This document shows, one piece after another, positions 55,030-64,000 of a stretch of DNA of 64,000 bases. Position 1 is the stretch's first letter, and each line of letters begins with the position of its first letter. The notes beneath the pieces are model-generated. The model was not told the origin of the DNA. It did no database searches and saw only the letters and a list, made by a program, of their open reading frames with translations. A program made the position numbers and the translations under genes. Where the stretch lies: positions 73,284,001 through 73,348,000 of the forward strand of contig OX597823.1 of assembly GCA_951406725.2 (NCBI GenBank), written 5' to 3'. The stretch comes from Octopus vulgaris. Taxonomy: Eukaryota.

Positions 55030-55221
55030 GGCGTGAGAGGACGGTTAAGTCATAGTTAGTTTAGATGTGATACAAAATAGAGAGTGAGGTGGAGGAAAGA
55101 AGATAGTTATAAGATATGTAGGGATATTGAAGTTTTAGATCCATTTTTAGGCAGAATGGTCTGTCTATAGCACTTACTCACCATTACCTGACACCTTTGG
55201 GTCTCAATGACACCATTATCT

Positions 55222-55280
<59 letters not shown>

Positions 55281-55384
55281 AGTATAATCTTTAAGACAAC
55301 AAAAGAATGATAGAGAACTCGATATTATGTATATAGAGGAAATTATCTGTCATATAATAAGTGACAATTATTCGGTTGCCATAA

Positions 55385-55443
55385 TAAAATTCCGTGTTTC
55401 GGATGTCGGGGCGGAAACCTGCTCCGGCATCTCTTCAGTTGTT
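55385..55443 (-). ncRNA. Degenerate hammerhead-like motif
   Basis: CTGAAGA-GATGCCGGAGC...GCCCCGACATC-C-GAAAC; long stem II, but the cleavage triplet and stem III are not intact. Confidence 0.4.
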
Positions 55444-55756
55444 GAGGCAATCAAAATATGCTATGAAAATGACCGCTAAACAAAGGGAAATTACTATGTA
55501 ACTGACGGTTATGAAGACAAAAGAGCTATTAGAATGGCCGTTAAATAAAGGGAAAACGGAAGGGGAGGGAGTAATAAGTAAAGGAGTGAAAATGCTCATA
55601 GCAATCGCGTATGCGCGCATGTACATACACACGCGCGCGCATGTGCATACCTACGCGCGCGCACCCACGTACATGTGCCTCTATGCATATGCTTACTCAC
55701 ACTCGCATGCAATACACACATACGCACTCACACATACGACAATAGATGCACATATA

Positions 55757-57047
55757 CGAGGGGCGTTCAATAAGTAATGCCCCTGACCCACTTCCCATAG
55801 CAGTAGAGCAACGAAACTTGGCACAGTTATTAGTCTTTTTCTACATAGGAACCACCCAGAGTTACGCATTTCTCCCATCGTTTGATGCAGCTCTGAAGAC
55901 CGTTTCTGTAGAAGACACCAGCTTGGTCCTCCAGCCACGACGTGACTTCAGAAATCAAGGCTGCATCATCTGGGAAACGCTTTCCTTTCAAAAACAACTT
56001 CATGGCTGGGAACAGGTGAAAATCAGAAGGTGCAAGGTCAGAAGAGTAGGGGGATGGGGGAGGAGTTCATAGCCGCACGCCTGTGCTTCTGATCTGGCGA
56101 CACGCGAGTTGTGTACCGGAGCGTTGTCCTGCAGGAGGAGGATGCCTTTGCTGATCTTGCCCCGCCTTTTGATTTTGATAGCTTCTCTTAATTTCCTCAA
56201 AACTGAAGCATAATAGGCTTCTGTAATTGTGGCACCATTTGCCAGGAAATCTGTCATCACTACTCCGTCCTGGTCCCAGAAGACTGTGAGCATGACCTTG
56301 CTAGCGGAGGGCTGCACCATTGCCTTCTTTGGAGGAGGGGAGTCACGGTGCTTCCACTGCATTGACTGGGCTTTGGTCTCTGGATCATAGTGATGGACCC
56401 TAGGTTTCATCCTGTGCAATCAGTCTTTTGAAAAATTTTGACTCATCTTCTTGGCACATCTCCAAATTCACCCTCGAGCAATCGACGCGTTCTTGCTTCT
56501 GGAAAGACGTGAGCAACCTTGGAATCCATCTGGTAGACACCTTTTGCATATGCAAATGGTCATGAATGATAGTTTCCACAGACCCGGTACTAATCTTGAC
56601 CTCATGGGCTATTTCGCGAATAGTTATGCGTCGATCTTCCAAAATGGCAGCCTCAACTTGACGGACAGATGCCTCATCAATGGCAGAAGAGGGGTACCAG
56701 ATCTGGGAGCTGTTTCCACAGAGTTCCGACCATGTTTGAATTCACGATGCCAGCGTTTTACAAGGTCATATGATGGGGCATTATCACAATAAGTTACTTT
56801 CATTTCATCAAAAGTCTCCCGTGGTGTGTGTCCTTTCAAATACAAAAACCGGATCACTGCTTGACATTCAACAGACTCCATTTCACACTTAACTCAGTTC
56901 AAACACCTGTAAATGAGAAACCACAATTAGTTTAGAGCTGTAATTTGCAACTTAATCTATAGAGATATAAATAATTGTACATGCAAAATTTCAGCTAGAT
57001 CGAACAACTTCAAGTGGATCAGGGCATTACTTATTGAACGCCTCTCG
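55757..57047 (-). mobile_element. Full-length (1291 bp) DD34D mariner with disrupted transposase
   Basis: TA-flanked TIRs CGAGGGGCGTTCAATAAGTAATGCCC / GGGCATTACTTATTGAACGCCTCTCG. ORF pieces 56624-56881, 56400-56642 and 56000-56419 give WIPRLL, QDET, QDNAPVH and HPP/YSSDLAPSD. Confidence 0.97.
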
Positions 57048-57081
57048 TATATGCAACCATGCATATACACGTATACATATC

Positions 57082-57112
<31 letters not shown>

Positions 57113-57487
57113 GTGCACATACCCATACGCGCACAGGTATATTCAAATACACGTCTAAAATTACGCACATGCTATATGCTCACACACTTGCGTGGAGCAC
57201 ATGCATGTACACCAACTTATATATGCAACCATACACATGTACATATACATGTAAATATATACATACCCGCACTCACGCACACACGCGCGCGCGCACACAA
57301 AAATTCCCATATACACGTCTATATACGCACATGCAAAGGAAAAATGCTGGGTGGAAGGTAAAATACAGAATAAATGTGTTAAATTATATAAACAATAAAA
57401 ATATTAAAATATATCTCTGTAAATATGTAAAAAATATATATTAAAAGTATGCAGAGATAAAAAGCGTATACGTGGACACACGCATAC

Positions 57488-57579
<92 letters not shown>

Positions 57580-58423
57580 TCATATACGTATACATTTATA
57601 TATGAATATGCATATGTTTGAATATATATATATATATATGTTACGTTTATGCAGATGTATACACAAACACACTTACAAACACATAACTATAAGATATTTA
57701 TCAGTTAAATTTTCCCTGTAATCATCATAAAAAGACTAGTGGAAGATCGAAAGATCATAACATATTGACCACTGGTAATTGATCATTTCGTCCTATCATA
57801 TTTCAGATTAGATCACTTAGAGTGTGTTACATTCAAAACATTCAGGGTTATACCGTGCATAAAATACACTTGTTCGAATTTTCTTCTTTTTACTAAACAT
57901 GGATTTCTCTACAGTAATATGATAATCAGTAAACGGAAAAGGACCTTTGGTTCATTATGTTCATTTCATATCTCGTATCGTTCGAAACCATAACAGACCA
58001 AGAAACTCGCGATGGTTGCAAATTAGTATCCTGTAATTATTACTGTCTTATTTTTTAAAATGTTACTGCTGAATCTAGTCCCCAGGACTATTTATAGCAA
58101 CAAGGTCTGGCTCGTTGTTACATAGGTGTATTTTTATATATGGTAGCTGTAGACACGATTTTCATGAGCTGTTTAACTCTGTTCCATATATATCTCATAT
58201 TATAATATCACAACTCTAAATATGCTAACATATTACTTTCTCTATATTGACTACGATATGGTATTACGTCTCAAATAACATCGGTCAAAATAACTTCGCC
58301 GCAAGAATATCTAACGCCTGACTCATATGAGTATGTTAGTATATGTCTGGCTGTACGTATGTATACATATATGCGTATAAATGTATGTATGAAAACATAT
58401 GCATGTGTATATGTTTGTTTGTT

Positions 58424-58485
<62 letters not shown>

Positions 58486-58570
58486 CACATGTATATATAC
58501 ATATATATATATGTGTATATATAAATTTATATATGCACATAGATTTATATACAAAATATATATTCTGTAT

Positions 58571-58792
58571 ACTCTTTTACTCTTTTACTTGTTTCAGCCA
58601 TTTGACTGTGGTTATGCTGGAGCACCGCCTTTAGTCGAGCAAATCGATCCCAGGACTTATTATGTGTAAGCCTAGGACTTATTCTATCGGTCTCTTTTAC
58701 TGAACTGCTAAGTTACGGGGATGTGAAAACACCAACATCGGTTGTCAAGCAATTTGGGGGACAAAAACAGACACATAAACATATACACACAC

Positions 58793-58860
<68 letters not shown>

Positions 58861-59028
58861 TATACGACGAGCTTCTTTCAGTTTCCGTCTACCAAATCCA
58901 CTCACAAGGCTTTGGTCGGCCCAAGGCTATAATAGAAGACACTTGACCATCGTGCCACGCAGTGGGACTGAACCCGAAACCATGTGGTCGGTGAGCAAGC
59001 TACTTACCACACAGCCACTCCTACGCCT
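58571..59028 (-). mobile_element. Full-length SINE family B
   Basis: Colinear with 26931-27400. Confidence 0.88.
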
Positions 59029-59863
59029 ACACACATGCATATATATATTTATATATGTGTGTGTGTGTCTGTGTGTGTGTATACATTTATTTTATGTAAG
59101 AGAAAAAATAAATATGATTGGCATCCAAATTAACTTAGTTTAACCACGAAAATATTTTCTCCTGTAATGGTAAAGTACCAGAAGCAAACCACGCATTCAA
59201 AATACTCTGGTCGCTTGTGTAGATCATTCGCTAAGGCTACTGGCAAGGACTGCCGCGACATGAACAGAAAGACTATCTGTTCTAACTCATCCTGACGGAT
59301 ACCACAATATGAAGTAGCAGCTAGAAACACTTGTCTCTACCTGAGACGAATATATAGAAATACTTTGCAAATTTTGTTCGGAGTGAAAACATTAACTGCA
59401 ACTACACAAAGAACTTCTTTGTTGGCAGAATTGCCTTGGACGTATTTTACCTGCGTATAAGACTTTTTCTGTTTTCTGTATTACTAAACACTTAACCATT
59501 TAGGATGAAAAGAAAAAAAACTGAAATTCGTATTTTTAAAATAAAATCTATTCTCTCTCTATTTCAGAAACTTCATGGAATGTTCAATTTAACTTGATTT
59601 GTCTCTCGATTTATGCTATGCAGATGATTCAGCTACCAACGACTAAAATCTTGAATAATTTTATTTCATGGAAAATATGAAATATTCATGTTCTTCAACT
59701 TAACTTAGTTTAACCTAGGAGAGATTCAATCCCCTTAATGCTAAATCACAAGAAGCAATCCTAGCCTGAACACACACACACACACACACGCACGCACACA
59801 CAGACGCATATGGGTGAGTGTGTATGTATGTATATAGACGTATACATAAATATACATGTAATA

Positions 59864-60087
59864 CAGAGTGCGACATAAAGGTTGCCCCGATTTCAAAGGT
59901 TAATCAGAAACAAACACAGGAAGATGTATGAAAAAACATTGGTGGTTGCCACTTAAGTGATACAATTATTAAAACTACTTGAACCAGAATGGCACTTCAT
60001 AGAAATACAAAGTTTTTCTTGTATTTTCATGTGTTTGTTTTTTTTTATTAACTTTTAAAATCGGGGTGACCTTTCTGCCTCACCCTG
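59864..60087. mobile_element. Tc1/mariner-type MITE
   Basis: TA-flanked ~40-bp TIRs CAGAGTGCGACATAAAGGTTGCCCCGATTTCAAAGGTTAAT / ATTAACTTTTAAAATCGGGGTGACCTTTCTGCCTCACCCTG. Confidence 0.85.
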
Positions 60088-61506
60088 TACATGCTTATAT
60101 ATGTGTATATATGCATATCCATACTTTATATATACATATGTATGCACATGTGAGTATGTGTGTGCGCGTGTGTATTGAAACAAACACATACGTATATGTA
60201 TATAATAGTACATATATGGTTTTACTTTGTATTTATATTCTGTGTATTCCTGAATTTTTAATTTGTCACCTTTTAAAACGTATCTGACTTCTGTATTCTT
60301 TCGCTCCAACAATTCTTTCTTAATGTCTACAGAGGGAATTGTCATCGAAAAATAGCAAATTGTCTTTGTAAGGTTGCAAAATCTTTTCAGCATTTGACAA
60401 ATTGAGAGACAAAAGAAAGGAACGAGGAATACTACAAATGTCAAATGGAAATCATTGGCTGTGTATTTCCTTTTATCTATTGTCTACTTTGTGCGCTGTA
60501 AAGTCATTTTATCTTTCACTGTCGTGTTCATTCGTGGTGTGTTCAGAGTATTATTCTAATATTCCACTGCGTACCATCTATTGTACATTAAATTACTATA
60601 GATCTTGTAACAAATGTGAAGGGAAATCAGCAGGATTTTAGTTAGAAATTACATATTATATGGTATATGTGCGTATTGGGGAATGGGCATGACTGAATAG
60701 CTAAGAAATTCGTCTCGAGATCATTGTGATCCAATTTCGGCGCTTGGAGCAAGTGTAATCTGCCTTATTTTCTAGTGGAGCTACTCATTTTCAGTGAAGT
60801 TAGAAATACAGAAACTGTATAGACATCTCAGCTTGGTAACGTAGAAAATCACCCTGACTTCGCTGAAATACTACGCTAAAGAATTATGTCAATGTAATAA
60901 CCCCCTCAGACAATAATTCAAAAGACAGCTTGCTTCATTCATCGAACAACTGAAAATGCCATTGTAAAAATCGAGAATGAAACTTTTACTTATTGTTTAA
61001 CTGGATCAAATTGCAATTTTTGTTTCAGGAACGATATGGTAAGGTATCTTCAATAGATTACTGCACTAAGATGAGGAACTTAAATAGATTACAAACTTAG
61101 ATGGGAAACTTTCACTCAAATATGTAATACATTTCAGTGAGACTTAAGATTTCAAACTGAGGATATGGATATAGATATGTTGTAATGCATATAACATGAT
61201 CAAAGTATGATTACTTCAAAACACTTCAAAAAATCTTCACAGCGCTTGCTACAATTCTATTGTAGCTATTACTGGAGGATAATATACGTACATACATATA
61301 CATATACATTATACATACATATATATATATATATTATAAGCGGGATCAGCCATCTGAATGTGGCTAGGGACAGGGCGGGGTGGTGGGGGTGTTACTGATG
61401 CATTTAGCCCCAGGCGACTATAGACGTCACTAGAAGAGTCGACACCATCACGGTGTCCTTGCTAGCCTGTAAAGGGAGATCAGCCTCCCCGAAGATACGG
61501 ATGCTA

Positions 61507-61549
61507 CACACGGACCGGTTTCGAGGTAGTCGCCTCTCGTCAGCGCATG
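61507..61549 (-). ncRNA. Type I hammerhead ribozyme, intact
   Basis: Reverse complement of 61991-62033. Confidence 0.88.
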
Positions 61550-61990
61550 GCAAGCACCGTTCTTCGTTGAGGGACTTCCTCTACAGGCTAGAAATATATA
61601 GATTTTCACAGTAAACACAGTCACTGGCGTAGAAAATCTGTTCGATAACAATAATAAATCTCTGAGCGAGGTATAAACAGTAACTGCTCTGTAATATAAG
61701 CGGGATCAGCCATCTGAATGTGGCTAGGGACAGGGCGGGGTGGTGGGGGTGTTACTGATGCATTTAGCCCCAGGCGACTATAGACGTCACACCCCCACCA
61801 CCCCGCCCTGTCCCTAGCCACATTCAGATGGCTGATCCCGCTTATATTACAGAGCAGTTACTGTTTATACCTCGCTCAGAGATTTATTATTGTTATCGAA
61901 CAGATTTTCTACGCCAGTGACTGTGTTTACTGTGAAAATCTATATTTTTCTAGCCTGTAGAGGAAGTCCTCAACGAAGAACGGTGCTTGC

Positions 61991-62033
61991 CATGCGCTGA
62001 CGAGAGGCGACTACCTCGAAACCGGTCCGTGTG
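61991..62033 (+). ncRNA. Type I hammerhead ribozyme, intact
   Basis: CATGCG-CTGACGA-GAGG-CGACTA-CCTC-GAAA-CCGG-TC-CGTGTG; predicted cut after C62027 (GUC). Confidence 0.88.
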
Positions 62034-62246
62034 TAACATCCGTATCTTCGGGGAGGCTGATCTCCCTTTACAGGCTAGCAAGGACACCGTGATGGTGTCG
62101 GCTCTTCTAGTGACGTCTATAGTCGCCTGGGGCTAAATGCATCAGTAACACCCCCACCACCCCGCCCTGTCCCTAGCCACATTCAGATGGCTGATCCCGC
62201 TTATATTACAGAGCAGTTACTGTTTATACCTCGCTCAGAGATTTAT

Positions 62247-62298
<52 letters not shown>

Positions 62299-62430
62299 GG
62301 AGGGTATCTAATAGATACTACCATGCTAGAGATAGCAGTCCAAACTTAACTCTAAAACCACTTCATGTATTCATACAGCACAAAATGAAAAGACACACAG
62401 ACAAATAAACGAGCAAAAAATTATTGGATA

Positions 62431-62488
62431 ATCCCAGATCCGGATTTCTGGATCAGTATAAAAACATACTCGGTCTCATCAGTGTGAT
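62431..62488 (-). ncRNA. Type I hammerhead, slightly degenerate
   Basis: ATCACA-CTGATGA-GACCGAGTAT..ATACTGATCCA-GAAA-TCCGGA-TC-TGGGAT. Confidence 0.6.
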
Positions 62489-62504
62489 ATACACAGGTAA
62501 TACA

Positions 62505-62535
<31 letters not shown>

Positions 62536-62537
62536 GA

Positions 62538-63323
62538 GGACATCTCCGCTGTCTGTTCCGATTAATATTTGCGGGGGGAAATCATCGTTCCCATCTCGAG
62601 CCTTGCGTGATACGCAGGGAACCGGGTTCGTGGGTAGCAACCCGTCATCAGTGTGTGATAATCATGTGCTAGTAATGAACTTTCCTTCCACACGCAAAAA
62701 TACTATATGATTTTTCCAGTGACACACTGTCGCTGATCTCAAAAAAGGAGAAATACGCAATATTAAATCTCTGACCGAGAAGTAAACAGTAGCAGCACGG
62801 AATCGTAAAATATAATTGCCAACTAAACGTGGGGGACCCATAGAAGACGATGCTACTGTTGTTTTTAGCCCCAGGAGGACCTCTCCTCCAGCTGGATAAC
62901 GCCACACTGTCTGTCTGTGTCCGATTACTATTTGCGAGGGAAAATCATCTTTCCCATCTCTAGCCTTACATGATACACACAGACCCTGGTTTCTGAGTAG
63001 TAGCCCATCGTTAGTTTGTGATATGGCTTTTCCGAGTTTTCATCGCTAGTTCGTGTTTATCACACACTGATGACGGGTTACTACCCAGAAACCCGGGTCT
63101 GTGTGTATCACGTAAGGCTAGAGATGGGAACGATAATTCCCCCTCGCAAATACTAATCGGACACAGACAATGTGTCGTTCGCCAGCTGGGGGAGATGTCC
63201 TCCTGGGGCTAAAAACAACAGTATCATCGACGTCTATGAGACTGCTACATTTAGTTGGCAGTGATATTTTATGATTCTGTACTGCTACTGTTTACTTTCT
63301 CGCTCAAAGATTTAATGTTGCCT
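62538..63323. mobile_element. Second, older ~363-bp hammerhead monomer family in inverted arrangement
   Basis: Period 363 (62558/62921) in the left arm with two decayed minus-strand HHRs (~62610-62660, ~62975-63022); right arm ~63035-63323 is inverted. Confidence 0.85.
63061..63105 (+). ncRNA. Type I hammerhead ribozyme, intact core
   Basis: CACACA-CTGATGA-CGGGT-TACT-ACCCA-GAAA-CCCGGG-TC-TGTGTG; predicted cut after C63099. Confidence 0.85.
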
Positions 63324-63330
63324 ATATATA

Positions 63331-63360
<30 letters not shown>

Positions 63361-63362
<2 letters not shown>

Positions 63363-63527
63363 ATAAAGAGTTATGAATGGTACAACAATGAACTATAATA
63401 CAAACAATGGGCTATATACTTGTTGTAATTTAGTCATCTATCAGACTATGGATGACTAAATTACAACAGGTATATAGCCCATTGTCTGTATTATAGTGCT
63501 TGTTGTACCATACAGAACTTTTTATTC
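63361..63527. repeat. Long hairpin/palindrome with ~80-bp arms
   Basis: GAATAAAGAGTT...TTAGTCATCTAT-CAGACT-ATGGATGACTAA...AACTTTTTATTC. Confidence 0.9.
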
Positions 63528-63582
63528 TTTGCAAACAATACACAATGCTTCAAGCGAACTTCAATACTCTCCTATATATACA

Positions 63583-63652
63583 TAGCGTATTGGTTATCCA
63601 CATAGTGGTTTATCCCTAGCGTATTAGTTATCCACATAGTGGTTTATCCCTA
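63583..63652. repeat. 34-bp tandem duplication
   Basis: TAGCGTATTRGTTATCCACATAGTGGTTTATCCC x2. Confidence 0.9.
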
Positions 63653-63670
63653 AATATACACATGTATAAA

Positions 63671-63735
<65 letters not shown>

Positions 63736-64000
63736 TTGTGTTATAAGATATGGATTCAGACAATCGTGTGGCTAGTCCAGAAAGCTCCCCTTACGGTCCC
63801 ACCGTACAATCCACATAGTAAATTTAGCATAGCGTAGAGTGTCAATCGAGATGAGGAGCTTATAAACTATAAGTCCTAGGATTTATAAGAAGTGAATATA
63901 TATATTTATTTAACAACGTGACATCCCTAGGTTTACAACCGTTTCTCAAACTTCTAGAGATAGGGGACATAGAGAATAGTAATCCTAACAATATTTGACC

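Larger units (their letters stand above)
61335..62250. mobile_element. Retrozyme-like/pLTR 360-bp monomer present as two inverted ~1.27-mers
   Basis: Period 360 (61335/61695) in the left arm and 359 (61789/62148) in the right arm; arms are near-identical reverse complements; flanked by (TA)n. Confidence 0.9.

Noticed and set aside
63594-63636. Two TTATCCACA DnaA-box matches
   Set aside because: Eukaryotic context; the second is just the product of a 34-bp duplication.

Overview
AT-rich, microsatellite-saturated eukaryotic DNA. The SINE families and (TA)n/(CA)n/(GA)n/(AAT)n density look like an octopus (coleoid cephalopod) genome; this is inferred from remembered repeat families, not verified. 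Almost all ORFs in the supplied track are microsatellite artefacts. Recognisable content: Tc1/mariner elements (one full-length frameshifted DD34D mariner, DD37D- and DD41D-like remnants, several MITEs), a hAT MITE, a Helentron-type element, CR1-group, RTE and R4/Dong LINE fragments, Penelope-like element (PLE) fragments and many tRNA-derived SINEs. A weakly supported multi-exon gene or pseudogene lies on the minus strand at about 5.9-18.3 kb. The most striking unannotated signal is a dense set of type I hammerhead ribozyme (HHR) motifs: about six complete or nearly complete and about ten degenerate or partial. They include two related ~360-bp HHR monomer families arranged as inverted, circularly permuted multimers (retrozyme-like, 61.3-63.3 kb) and a tRNA-headed element carrying an HHR (49.5-50.0 kb). 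All coordinates and pairings were read by eye and may be off by a few bases.
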